A DNA stretch of 64,000 nt from Ramazzottius varieornatus (lineage: Eukaryota > Animalia > Tardigrada): positions 2,229,826 to 2,293,825 of the forward strand of contig BDGG01000002.1 in the NCBI GenBank assembly GCA_001949185.1, in the 5' to 3' direction. The translations under genes were made by a program, and so were the position numbers. Positions 24,075-38,000 of this stretch are shown here, piece after piece (the first letter of the stretch is position 1; each line of letters opens with the position of its first letter). The notes beneath the pieces are model-generated. The model was given only the letters and a program-made list of their open reading frames with translations. It was not told where the DNA came from and ran no database searches.

Positions 24075-24536
24075 CACGCACGATGGGTAAGTATGGGACA
24101 GCAAAAAGTGTGTGACAGGTCTTTTCGCTAGGGCGGCACGGGCAGGTGATTCTTACTACAAGTAAAAACCAGCACTGAAGGCTGCTTTGCAGTACATACG
24201 TTCTGAATAAGTGGCAGAAAGCGCGTTCTTGAAGGCTTTTTCGATGTACCGTCGAGGTCGCTTGGTCTTGGGCTGGGACATTACGGAAATAGGAACGATA
24301 TGAGTTCGAGAGCGTCTCTGGAAGAAAGTAAATAAACAATCCGCAGCCTCGAAGCGCAAAAGTCGAGCAGCTGATCGGCTGATGGGCACTGTCCATGACA
24401 ATTTTCTACGGTTAAATTTTACTGCGTTACGTCATAGGCTCGATTTTCATTGCTGGCTCGCATTTGGGATGTGAATTTGCCGTCCTTTCCGCCTGTCCCA
24501 TACTTTTTACTGTTCCATACTTACCCATCGTGCGTG
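24075..24536. mobile_element. Non-autonomous Tc1/mariner-type MITE (462 bp), TA target duplication
   Basis: TA|cacgcacgatgggtaagtatggga...tccatacttacccatcgtgcgtg|TA; TIRs about 46 bp. Confidence 0.85.
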
Positions 24537-27500
24537 TACCTGTTGATCTTTTAACGGTAATACTTCGCACGGTATGGATTACTCAAATTGTTCTTCAAAA
24601 GAGAAGGACTTGAGTCCCCGGAACGTGCCCGACGACCAACTTTCTTGTTTGATTTAACGCTGTCATCGAAAACTGAATTCGGACTATTTCCAGCGCATTT
24701 ATCAGTACGACGAAATTTATAGTCGTCAGGGCGGAACCAGCTTTGACGGTCGCCACAACACTCGTTAGGCATTGTTGACAGGCAGGTTTTTTGCTGGGGC
24801 GTTTACTGCGGCTTTTTTCTCACGCTCCGGAAATACCGATAGCGTATGGAAATGATCGGCACGAGCATGCTTATTTTGTCATGATTGGTTTGATCAGATG
24901 TGTAGGCCGCGGACCTGCCGAGCGCGTGCGGCCATACGGGCTTCTGAGAAATATTTTCGATTGTTCCAAGGCAGAGCAAGACAAAAAGTCAATCAACGCA
25001 ACGTTTTCGGCAGGATGTCTTTTCAAAGTGCTACAGCCGAAATGTATCGGAGTAAAAAGGCGAGTTTATAAACGTGCGTCCACTTGTACGCAATCGGCTT
25101 ACCAGAATCAGAATTATCAATTGTCCTCGATTGTCCTATCCTGTCATATTATTGAACGTACAAATTTTTGAAGCCAAGATCAGACACAGAACAGTACGCG
25201 AGTTATTGGAATACATAGCAGCGAGATAGTCGAGCATATTTTTGGTGGCTGGACTCGCAGTTTCTTCTGAGTAGTGGTATTTGTGGATTTTTTAGTCGTT
25301 TTTGTTACCCTGACGTATTTTTGTTAACCTTGAAAATTGAAATAATTTCGTGGTAAAGTACGAGGAGGCCTTTCTTCCGTGTGTCAAGCGTCATGAGTGA
25401 TAGAAACGAAGATTTGTAGTTTGACAGCTCTATACTTATGGAAATCGTCAAGCTTGTTTGCGCAAATAACAATGTTAGCACCAAAAAAACGTGCAATGGT
25501 CCGTCAGTGGGCGAACCGGAAACTGAGAGGTCACCTGCAGTGCATATTCTCAGCTCGGCATGCAGTGTTGGACTATGCATGCAGCTCGTCTTTACGACAT
25601 GCCTGACAGACATATCAAAAAGGCAAAAGCAACTTCAAGAAAACGCATTCGAAGTGTTCATCACTTTATCGCCGGAGGGCCTGAAAATTTGATGGAGAAA
25701 TCAGATAGAAATGTATGAAAAGCTGGCCAAAGTGTGTTTTGATGTCCGGCTCCGAACTTCCATTTGACCGAGAAGTACCAAATCGTTACTGTATGAAGAT
25801 GCAAAAGAATGACCGGTGAGATACGTCTCATCAGAAAAGCAATCAAAGAGTCGTATGAGAATAACCTTATCGGCCGACGGCTACAGTTTTTTTTTATTTC
25901 GATTGTATGAAACGGATGGAAGTATTGTATGATGAAGTAATTGTAGGCTGAGATGGTGATGTATGTTGGATCGTTAATCATTGAATGTGAAAGGCTGGCT
26001 AACTTGGTAAAGTGTACGAAAGAAAATTAATGAGCTTATAAAATTACGGAAGAGCCGGGCGAGAATGCTTTAGGGAGAGCCGGTGTAGGGAAACTGAAAG
26101 CAGCGGCTGACTTTCCCGTAATGGATGGTCCAATTCATTTGATGGCAATTTAGAGCCTTTAACAGACATTTAGAAGGCCATTACGCTCTTCAACTGCCGT
26201 CATAACCATAGCTTTAAAACCTCATACAAATCCACACACACTGAAGGACCCTCTTTCAACAAGTTTAGACTCAATGATCACTTGAAAAAAATCGCACGTC
26301 TCCTTTTCAGCGACATGGTTTGTCACCAATTGAATTTCGGACGAATATTTTGGTATCCACAACTTCACACTGGGTGTCGAACACCCTTCCCTGGCTACAG
26401 ATCGATCAAGTAAATTATATTTCGCAGTGGTATCGCGACAAAGCCTTCAGTTTACCCTGGAATTATAGCCTCAACGCCGAAGTTCGTAGAAGAAGCCAAA
26501 ATTTTATTTTACAGCGTTTTCGTCAATGCACGATTACGGTAGGATCCCAAAGTGCCGCATATTCAACACAGAGAAATCTGCGCTGAGAGAGCAGTGAAAA
26601 CCTTTTTTTTTCGGTAGTGAGTATCTGAATCGCCCGCTTGAGCGAGCGCAGACTTCATGCACGGTGGCACCTCAGACAAAGTTTACTGAGAAGATTCACT
26701 GACTAAACGCTTGTCGAAACTTTACTGCTGGTTTCAGAAGGTTACAATGCAATTAAAGAGCCATAAAACTTACTTCGATGATCGTTCTGTGGTTTGGTCA
26801 CTTTCAACCCCTTCAAAACTGCAATGGAGGTCCGCTTCTTCGAGTTCGGTCAATCGTTAAGGTTGCATCCTTCTTTCCTTTGCCGGTGAAGACAGGAGGG
26901 GATTTTGAAGGTTGATGGCCGGTTTCGGTTGGGACGTTGATTAATGGCTTGACACGTCCTTCTCCCGATATATCTTATGTTGATGATGTCCAGTCCCGAA
27001 CGACGAAGAAGATGCCGGAGGACTAGGTCGTTAAATTAATGACCATTCGCCTGCGCGAGTGCGCGCCGTGATTAATTATATATTATGCAGACCGTTAAGC
27101 ATTAACGTCCAAAGTCGTTTCAGGGATAAAGACGACACATTTGATCTGCAGGACGACAAGTTTAGCCTTGCCTCATTAGGGCGGAATAATAATCATCAAT
27201 AAAAGGCTGCGCGAAATGGGGAAGAAATTGAGTGCTTGACTGGGCAAAAAGCGAGCTATGACTAGCCTCAAGTCATAAAGATGATATTTTCAGCTGGTGC
27301 TTCAATGGTCTAGAGGGAACGACGCGTTGCACATCCAAAGGACTGACTGTGGACAGCAAAATGGCGTCGTTAAACGAGCAGGCTATAAACGTTAGCCGTT
27401 TTGCGTGCTCTCTTCTTCTGATAAGTACACACACAGATGGCCTGACTGTACAGATTGGTCCGTAGACGCTTTAATACACCCAGCATACAACTGACTGCGC

Positions 27501-29093
27501 TATCAGTGGGTGAGCAGTGTACGCTGGTACATGTCGCAAGGTTTCAGTACTGCACTGGCTTGGCTTGCGGCACTCCGTCGGCAGCAGTGCATGACTCGAA
27601 CGACTCTGCCGGCCGGAGAAAATATTGTACAGCGTAGTTTGTTGCTGTCGTCAAACGCGTCAAAATGTGCGTTGCCCATCTGGGTTTGACACAAAACTCA
27701 GCTAGAGTTGAGCTATTTCGGCAAAAGTGGGCGTGACAGTCGCTTTTCGGTTAGCCCATCGCGCATTTCGAATGATTTTTCTTCCGTTGATGAGAGCAGC
27801 AAAGAGTGGGGAAGGCATCTCTCTTCTGTAAAGTAAAAACATTGGCTTATTTGACAGCTGATCAAAGTGACCAACTTAGACGAAGAATAACGAGCCAGCT
27901 CATTAGACTTTCCCAAAGATACTTGGCGCAGATTGCTCGGCCTTTGCTGCATCAACGTCCATTGCTCAGCATGACATTCCATGTTGACTTTTTTGCTGTC
28001 CTATTCAAGACTTCCTTTCTCTAGCCAAATTACTCCTCGTTCCCGCATATCAACCGGCACCTCGTTAAGTTATAGTGTTTTTCAGCGTGACCTTAAGTAA
28101 CACCAACTCACACCATCCCTTTCTTCCCTTCCGTCACCATTCCACTCAACACATAAAAGTACTTCAGAGAAAAGACTCCCATAAAAAACACTCAGCGCAA
28201 ACTCCTGACAAAATTCAGAACTTTGGGCCTGACTGAGAAAATCGCTTTTCATGTCTAATTGACCGTATCGTCTCCTCCCTATTTTTTACTTACGGAAAGC
28301 TTTGATTTTCCGGAGAGCTCTGTGTACTCAAAAGTTTTTGTTTGATCCTTCAAAAATTATTGGTCCAAAATTCGGGGATAATCAGTCATCGGTATTATTG
28401 GTACAGTTTTAATAATTTAATTTATGGAGCGTGAGATTGAATTTTATGAAGTGCTCAAGAGGAGCGTGATGCACGAGCAGCAGGAGAGCGTGTTGCACAA
28501 GTATTGGCTGTTATTTTGATGTCGACAAGTTTAAGTGTGCTCACCAGTTTGTGATTTACGACTAATTATAAAGATATTAAAGCAAATGGTAAATTCATCG
28601 ACCCCTAAACGCTGTAGGAGCCGCACTATACAGCCTTTACTGTATCAATCACGCTACTGTAGCACCACACAAGGTGCGCAGGTTTGGAACGCTGAAGTTC
28701 TCCGGGCATGCCGAAGCACGAACCACTTGTCCTTCTTTAAGTCCTCCGGCACCACATTGGCGGTACACGGCAATGCACAAAGATTTAAGTTATGTGTCGG
28801 CACGACTGTTCGCTTTCGAATTCGGAAAGACCCGCGGACTGTATCTTTGACTGCCAAAAGAGTGTATTACGGAGTACAACCAGATCATCCCAACTAGCGC
28901 ACGACTCTGTTGTGACTGGTCGGGAGTTTGCGCCAGTTTGCGTCCCCGTTGATGTCATCAAAACTTTTCAATTTATAAAGATATCCAGCAAAGATAACTT
29001 TCGATCGAGCTGGCTGAACATAGAAACGAGATTCGGAACGAAAATCGTCCACAGTGAAATGCAGAAACAAACCTGAAAAATGTAGAAACAATA

Positions 29094-29398
29094 CTGTAGT
29101 GCTCGCAGTTTATCGCGCACTCAACCACGTGATTAGTAATGATTGCCCGGTAAGATCAGCTGTTGCCAAAATGGTATGAGTTGATTGACTTTATTGGGTC
29201 GTCAGTCAATTTGAAAAAGCTAGCAGACTACGTTCCAGATGGAAATGAGCCATTTGAGTTTGACTTTTCAGAATAACACTTGCCTTTACGTTGGCCCACC
29301 ATTGATTGTTGATAAAGCAGTACATCGTCTATAATCCCCGATCGGGCGTTATTTACTGTTCACGTGGTTGAGTGCGCGATAAACTGCGAGCACTACAG
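29094..29398. mobile_element. Non-autonomous Tc1/mariner/pogo-type MITE (305 bp), TA target duplication
   Basis: Perfect TIRs of about 39 bp (ctgtagtgctcgcagtttatcgcgcactcaaccacgtga) flanked by TA on both sides. Confidence 0.9.
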
Positions 29399-32300
29399 TA
29401 GTTGATAATCATTTTGGTATTGTGAAAATAGCATCCCAAAATTATTTTGGAGCGCTATATGATTTCGAGGTAGGCTTTTCGTAGATGGCTACTGATAAAC
29501 AACACCGTGTTGATTATTATCGCCATGCTCCGCTGTTTGAGTTTGTTTTTTCCAGCCAGATACGACTCGATGCTGTGGCGACTGATAGTGGCTCATCAAA
29601 GCTTGCCGAATGGCGGTGTTTGTGCTTCATTTGATGAAACAAAACCGATCCCAAAATACGCTGACGGTCGACGACTGTTAAATAATCAAAAGGCAGAGGG
29701 ATTATTTTGCGCTATCAGACTCACACTTGATTGCGCTATTTGAGCTAATCAAGTTTTATAGCCCGGTCTGCCACTGCGCGCCTTCACGCGCACCGGCCGG
29801 TCACCTCCGCGGCACTCTGAATGCACATTCAACTGTGGTAATCAAAGACAAACATACAGCATCGTAAATCATCTTCTCTTATGCCATTGGGAATTAACCA
29901 AGCCATTTTCTACCCGAGAACACATCATAAACAACTTTATTCCATACAGAGTGCGGCAGTACAGTTAAACTGTATTTCTATACGATACGGTATCCGGCCT
30001 GAAAATGAAATAAATCGCCTCTCAACGTTAGGGCAAAACTGATTGAAAACTTGACTGTTTCGGACAAGCTTTTTCTTGGCAAGTTTCGACCAGATAAGAA
30101 GGGCTGTTTCGTGGCCAAGTTTTTCTTATTGAGAAATCGGCAGCCATGCTGACGCTAGTGATGAACATTAAATTTGGGGAATCAACAAACACGACTTATG
30201 GAATTTACTTTTCAAACGAAACCGCATACAGCTCAGGTAATGTCAGATCTGTAAACCAAATACTGGCACCGAACTATACGTAGAAATATGGGCAACTATT
30301 AATACATACAGTTGGGTTCAAGAAATCCCAGCTTGCTTTACAACAGGTGATAGTGAGTGTCACTAGGTTTTCGTTGCGTTTCAAAAGCTCTAAAGGTCTC
30401 GGACGTCAAAGGTTATCATATATGTCCGGAAGTAGAAGGTCACGGGTTCTCGGCAGCCATTGGTGGACGTCGGAAGGCGGACCAAATCTAGACAACTCGT
30501 CCAGCGCAGTAGACGGTTCGACAGACCGAGCTTTGGCTTGGAACCGAGCTGTACGGATCAAAAGCTGTAAACTCGTTGAAATTTCAAATGCATTTTCCAC
30601 ACGAGCTAAGAGCTGACAGTAGCAGCAACCGATATTACGATCGTTCATCGTTAGCAAAACCACTGATCATTCACTTTGATCCTTTTGCCCCAGGATAGAA
30701 AATAAAGAAACCGATCAAGATGCAGATTCCGAACGAAACAGAACTTTCGTCTCAGTATCCGCTTGGGACCTTCAATCTCAGAACCTGAAATATTAAAAAA
30801 CCGAGACCTCGCGATGGGACAAGACTCCAAAATGTGAACAGGACTACCCCACTGTAAGAATATTTTGATGCTGCCGTCACTCACGCAGATCGAGCTTTCC
30901 GGAACGTGATGGGCATAAAAAAGGACGAGACCTCGTAGCTGTCACCTTTCATCAACGCCAGATGGTGGCAAATGTATTCCGCTCTGTGGTCAAACGCTAC
31001 ATGTTGGTGTACACATCCTCTAGCAGGCTGCGCCGGTCATGTCGGCGTTGAAGGCATATCCTTGCATACAATTAATGTATTCCAAAAACAACATTGAACA
31101 TTCCACAGCTCCGATCAGCCCTTCGCTAATTGCTTCCAACTGGAATATTCCGACTCGGCACCCAGAATCGTCGCAGTCGCATCGAAAACGCATGTGCCAA
31201 ATTTGGACATTTTCAACGATACTTTCGCCATTGGTATTGGTCAGCTCGGCCATTCAGTTTCCGATGGAATCAGTCCCCAGGTTCCCGGAAGGTAAGCCAC
31301 CGACCGGAGCAAGCCAATCCAGTTTGGACTTCCGGTTTCGGCAGAGACTCCAGAAGATACTGTCCGGCCCTCGATTCCCTTTCTATGGCCATCACATGTA
31401 GGAGGATCACACTCAGGCTGGTTTCAGGACGACTCGACATAGCGAGAAAACATAGGACTCAAGGGAGTTCAGTACGAGCCAGGTCGATCGCATGTGCATG
31501 TGCAGCGAGCAATGCAAAATCCTCGAAAATACGAAAGTATCCGCAACGGTATTGGAGGATGCAGTTGCAGAAGCAAAGACAACATGGAACTCATGTCACA
31601 CCTTTACGGGAACATGGAAAGAGGACGCGGCTTTGACAGTAGAACGGAAGACACTTTCTACTTCCACAACCTCCTGACTTTGGATGGAAGTAAAATGATA
31701 ATGCGGCGAGTTTGGGTGTTGGCCAGCTTTGCCTTATATTGGCAGGGTGCTTTGCTTGGGCAAGCTGGAGACGATGGCGAGGTTGAAGAAGAGAGCTACG
31801 CCGCGGAATGAGTTACAAATCGTTTTTAAATGTGCTAATTATTTTTATGACTGTCATTAAGGCTGCGTCATTTATTTTCCATCATCGTTTAGGCTGACTG
31901 GTCAGCAGCGCTAATGTTACCGTCATTACGGTACAAGACAAGACAGCGCTTTGTACCATCATGCACATGATACCGTCCCGTGTTGGAGAACGGGGTTCGC
32001 CTTGATCGCCTGCACAAGAAGCGAGCCGAGCAAAGCCCACAAGTCCGGTTTGCATCAATAAACCCCTAATGTGCCTGTAACACTAGCTCGGTCCATGCCT
32101 TTGTGGCCTTGACATTTGCCGCCTGCAGATTAGCATCCACCGCCGCCGCCACAGCCTTGGCTCATAACTCAAAACCAGATTGAAATACATAGTGGATCAT
32201 TAGTACCAAGTATACAGCTGCTAGCCTGACCTATCTTCCTCATTGGACAGGACTGTGGGGAGAGCGACTCCCATTTCCGTTATGGATGCCGTTTGCACGC

Positions 32301-35098
32301 AGCTGGTCTCGGATGGAAATTCCGAGTAGTGATAGGAAACAAATCTGAGCCATTTTGTCGTGGATCGCAGTCCATTACGTTTCCGGACGAACTGGGCATT
32401 TTTAGCATTGGGTCGCTGAAACCCACATAAATAAAGATACCTGGCCTGTCAACACTTGGCGAGATAAATGCGATACATGGTGCGCAGGACGTGGAGTGAA
32501 ACCATGTTTTTGTTTGCTTTTTGTGTCTAACGACCTTCGAATACTATCAGTATTGACGGTCGCGTGTCTCACTGGAAATCCCCCCAGACTTTTTAGTATT
32601 CGCATTGTGAGTGCGGTAATCCACGTCATTTGAACAGTTCTCAACGAACCCGTTAGATTACATCCTGTTGGAGCATACTGTACGACATGTATTTTTTGTA
32701 GATTGCTTGGGTCGTTTGAAAAGTTTAAAATGACGCCATTAGCAATATGACCACACGCATGATTGAAACGTACCACAGTGAACCTTCGTGTACAAACGTA
32801 TCGCCGAACCGCGGTCAATGGAGCATTACATCGGATACTGATACCGGTTGAGTCAGAACGGTCGGCCAGCTCGTACCTCTCAGCTGAGGTGGCACAAGAG
32901 AGCCGAGCCGTGACCTTTTCGAGCAGAAGGTCATAGATCTACAGTGCAGCATTTGAGATGTTAAAGATCGGTTTGAAGTCTATAAAGTTTAAATGTTAAA
33001 CCCTTTCCACAATGAACGAATACATTGACTGGCACGATAGCTGTACAGGGTGAAGTGCTTTCCAGAAACTTTTTAATTAAGGTACCCAAAGCTGGGTTTG
33101 AGTTTCCTTCCGTATCTTGACGTACCGGAAATCAAGTCTGCTGCGAAATGACTTTCTCATTTTACGCAGAGTTGATAGCGTATTTCTAAACCGAGGGCTG
33201 AAACTGAGGCTTGATGTTTTGAACAGTGACGAGGCCGGTCATGCTTGACTACCTTCTGTTTGGTGAACGAAACCAGTTGGACTAGTTTCCGGCTGAGTTC
33301 TGGCTTTCCGTCGTATCCGTCTTGAATCCTCTCCTCCTGACTGGCTGTTCGACTTTCTCAAATCAACATGATACGAGTGAGAACGCCACGCTGAAGAAAG
33401 CGACCATGGTCATGCATCTATAACTGGATGAAGTGCATCAGCCTGAGCATTCATCCATCCGTCGACAACATTCAGTCGCGCAAGGGGAAATTTTGATTAA
33501 TGACCAAAGCCATCATCATCATTTCCAACGGCACAAACGGGTACAGAACGGAACGGAACTCAATTTCCATTCTGGCTGCCTCTCCTTCCTCCTTCGTCCA
33601 TCAGATCACGAAACGCACAAGAGTTCACTTTCCATCGAAGGGAAGTGACACGAACAGCAGCGGGAGCCATGTCGTTAGAAAGGCTGGAAAGTTGCTCGAC
33701 CTGCTCCACACTGCTACCACTATCATCCATCAGAGACATTTCACCTAAGACAACCACTTTAAATCATCACAGCCATCTCTTCAGCTCCAAACTTCATTCA
33801 CTTATCAGGCCTCTTCCATCGAACTCGCATAATTCATTCCTTCTGCAACTTTGCTCTCTATACTCTTAATCAGTTTTTATTGAAGACTTTCAGTTTCCAG
33901 ACATAATTTCAGGGAATGTGAGAAGAGTAATGCACCAGGACCTTCTCTTTGGCACAGTACAAATTATTAGGTGGGCTTATTGTCACAAGTTCCATGGCCA
34001 TCCACGAGAGAACCAACAACACAACTGAGCAAAAACCGCTAACAGGAGATCCGCCAGTCAGAAAGGCTAAGCCAACGGAAAAGACGTACACGGAATCAAA
34101 TGTAGAAAATTGCCGGAGAAAGAGAGTGGAATGTTTGCTGTCGGCCCTGTTCGAGCCTGCGCCAGGCAAGAAGACCAGCTAGAAAACGCTTGACCAAAGA
34201 CTGCGTATAATTACCACAGAGAAGGTAAAAAAGACGCGACTTTGAGTACACGATCGGGGCATTTTTACGACATGTCGATGGCAAGCAGAAGAAGATGAGC
34301 GAAAATGACTAATGACTGTTGCAATTAGTGCACAGAGATACAGTGGGGCACCGCCTTGACTTTTATTGTCCTTTGCCTGCCATAAAGGGCTCTTTGGCTG
34401 GCTTTTTTACCCTGTGCCGCCCTGTCTGGAGACAATGTAGACTGCCGATAGCCCAAGTTGACTGATATTGTCCCGCGTCACCATTTGCCTGTCCGCGCCA
34501 TTGTCCGGCATGGTGTTGAAGAGACACCGACCACCACTGCGCATGGCCATTAAATAGCCATAAAAAAGTCGTAAACCTCACATCGCTGTATCCTCATAAA
34601 TAACCTCCCCATATGATAACTTGTCCTCCTGCTGACTTTACGCTCTTCTCCCTGGGAAATCAAACCCGGTTATTTCCATCCTCTGCAATAGATCAAAGTC
34701 TGTCCAACAGGACCAATACAGTATTACCTTGAAACTTCTTTGTTCGTTGTAGACTCATCGTATTCCATGTTTCCGAGCAAATAACCATTGAACTAGCCCT
34801 TAACGGTGATTTTACTGATCAAATGCGAGAATTCCACTGCTGCAGAAATTAAGTCCAAGAAAATTCGACCATGATAAAACAATATCGCTAAATTAGCTTG
34901 AACACCAATTTGGTCCTTTTGGAATTGGTAGAAAATGTTTTCATGCTTCCTAAGTCAGATGAAGTAAATGCACTGAAACGCGGACGTCAAAACAGATCCA
35001 TAAAGAAAAAATCTTTGGTTCATCACACTGGCAGCATTCGCTGTGGGCGAATAGGCTTTTCGGACCGGGAAGGAAGTTGTTTGGTCGTGGGAAACCCT

Positions 35099-38000
35099 TC
35101 AGGTTTGTTGGGCCCGCCATCCATTGCACCCAGGTACGGGTAGTCCGTCAGGACCGACAGGACATGGAGCGTCCAGCCCAGGAATACCCTACGGTGGACG
35201 GTCAACCATTGCTTCCGCCAACGTATACTACTTGTAAAAACACTTCACTCCAGCCACGCTGCCACAGGACAAAAGCCAACCAAAACACATTCACCACTTT
35301 ACTGCCGACAGGACGGTACAAGGAAGCGGCAATAGCGGCACTCATAATACGGATCCAGAACGTACGGGTTCGCCTTTGTCGCCTACAAACAGATGATGTT
35401 CTGAGTGGAAGATCAAGCATTTGCAGATCGAAAGCTCACCTTTAGGTCCACGAGTTCCTCGCTTCCCTTTATCGCCGGTGTTTCCTTTTGGTCCGATCAT
35501 TCCAGGTAGACCGTCATTACCCTAAGGCATATAATTTCTACCTATTCCAATTTATCTTCAGACTGGACAAGTGCCTACCGATGGTCCAGAGTCTCCTCTG
35601 TCCCCTTTGGGACCTTCGCCTGGAGGTCCTCTCAAGCCATCCATCCCAGGTGGACCCTTAAACCAAAAAGAACGCATCAAACCTTGCGGGATGACGATGT
35701 AAAATTTGGAGGGGAGTTGTGAGAAGTTTAGGGTGTGAAAACGGTGGGTTACGCGGGTTGGCTATGGGCGACCACAAAGTCAGCTGTCAAGGGAAGAAGG
35801 ACAGTTTAGTGGGTAAGCCAGAATAGAGCATCAGAACACAAGGTAACCCAAGACCATCCATCACCAAGAAGGAACAAGGAGAGGGGGAGGGAAGGGAAGA
35901 GAAGGGGAAACGACAGTGATGTTACCAAAAGTCCTGGGATGCCATCTCTCCCGGGTTTGCCTTCCAGACCCTACAGAGACACCAAAGCGAAAGCAGAACA
36001 TGAAGAATTCACGCTGAGAAACATCGATGAGCGAGGTCGCAGTAAAGTTACAGTTTAACACCATATCTCCCGCGTTCTGTTTACACCAGAAGTAATTGCC
36101 ATACCGGAAGACCCATTGGTCCAGGAAGTCCCATCGGGCCCAGCGGGCCCACTTCACCGCGTTCACCAGATTCTCCTGCAACGATAATAACCGTCAGCAT
36201 TCCGCACCGTTACCATATGTGGACTAGAGGATTCCTTTAATCTCCATATTGACAATCATACCTTTGCTTCCGTCTCGTCCGGCGTCACCCTATCACAATA
36301 CAAACCAATCAACAAATAGGACGAGAGATAGCTCATGTTCGTCGCGCCACTGTGACTGTATGGTACATTGCGTATCATACCTTTGATCCGGGAGGACCAG
36401 ACGGGCCAGGTGGTCCTGGAGGTCCCATTACCTACGACGAAAATTTTTTCGTGAGTTATTGTGGAGCACCCGTGATGGATTGCATATACCGTACCCCAAC
36501 ACCAAGTGGTTTTCCTCGTAAGTCCGATGTCTGCTATAAAATCAGAGATAAATTAAATTTCAGTACTTTAACAATCAGACGGCAAAGGTGGTGCCATCTG
36601 TGAACTGATTTTGCTTCGTACAGATGTCGCTCTAGACCAACGACGGTTTTACGGGGTTTAACGGCGACTATTATAAACGTTCCCAATCAAACCTATTGCG
36701 GTGTTATCCGTGCAAACATCTCTGAACACATCGAAGAACACTCACACTCAAAATTTCCCCGTTAGTTCCGGGCGTGCCCTTGAAAAACAGACGGATGTTA
36801 GCAAATTATCAACGCTCATGGGCTATTCACGACAACATGCAGAGCGCTGGGGTGCACTCAGGGCGAACCTACCGGTGGTCCTGGCATTCCCTACAAAAGG
36901 AGATCAGGATTGTGTCAACTCCGGAGTTACAGCAAAGGAAACGGTAAAGTTGTGATACAGCAACACCGAAATTTGTACGTACCGGCGGGCCGATGAACCC
37001 GGGTGGTCCCATGGGGCCAGCGTCGCCTTTGGCACCTTTCTCGCCACTTGGCCCAGTAGGTCCACGGTAGCCATGTATGCCAACATCGCCCTTGTCCCCA
37101 CGATCGCCTTTCGTGCCTTGTGTACCGGGTAAGCCCAGCTCCCCCTTCTCGCCCATAGGTCCAGGTAATCCTCGCAGACCTGGTGGACCGATTGGACCAT
37201 GCCGACCCGGAGGACCCGGAAAGCCGATACCCTAGGGAACACAGCAGTCAAGTCTGTGCTCAAAACACGTCGCTCATTATTGGGAACAGGTTAGTTGAGA
37301 GAAGACCTTACCAAAGAGACTTTGAAGCCGGTTAGAGTGAGAGAGAGAGCGCAAGAAACGATAATAGGAAAGTGTAGTAAAGATGGAGAAGCACGACACA
37401 GTAGCCCATAGCCAACCCGAGTTCACCAAGAATTGTGTCCATGTTAGTAGGAAGGTAAGTTTTAGTTTCAGAGGACAATTTTCTTCGTACCTTTTTCCCG
37501 CGTTTGCCCAGATCGCCTTTGTCGCCTTTAGGACCAACGGGACCTATTAGTCCTGGCGGGCCTGGTGGTCCTGTAAAAGCATGAAGTTGTATATACTGGT
37601 TGCTGCATTGGTAGACCGAATGTCCGGTACATGTGATGGACGGATTGTTGCCTTATGTACCTGGTGGTCCCATCAGCGCAACTCCAGCGTGATGATGAAC
37701 GGGAGGGATTGTGGTCAGGTACCGGTTGTTGTGGCCGTTGTGTCCGTTTCCGTTCTCCGGAAGTGGAAAGCAGTTGAGACAGTCTCCTTTGTCACCACGG
37801 TCGCCCTTTGCACCCTGAAGAGAAAAGCTAAAGTTGAACTCCTGGAGACAAGAACAGCACAAAACGGTACCGTGCTGTTGAGTAGGAAACCGAAAATTCA
37901 ACATTCGCTGTGAAGCATGAGACTGATCGAACTGAGTGAAGTGACGCAAAAATTAATAACGAAAGATTTACAAGACGAAACCGATCAGCGATGCAACTGA

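Noticed and set aside
31020-31811. Cluster of overlapping 60-170 aa ORFs
   Set aside because: No recognisable domain or consistent frame; possibly a decayed insertion but unsupported.
24540-35000. Hox-associated microRNAs (miR-993/miR-10 family) expected near Hox3
   Set aside because: Only partial matches (about 32075 and 33045) that do not fold into precursor hairpins. A by-eye search cannot exclude a divergent copy.
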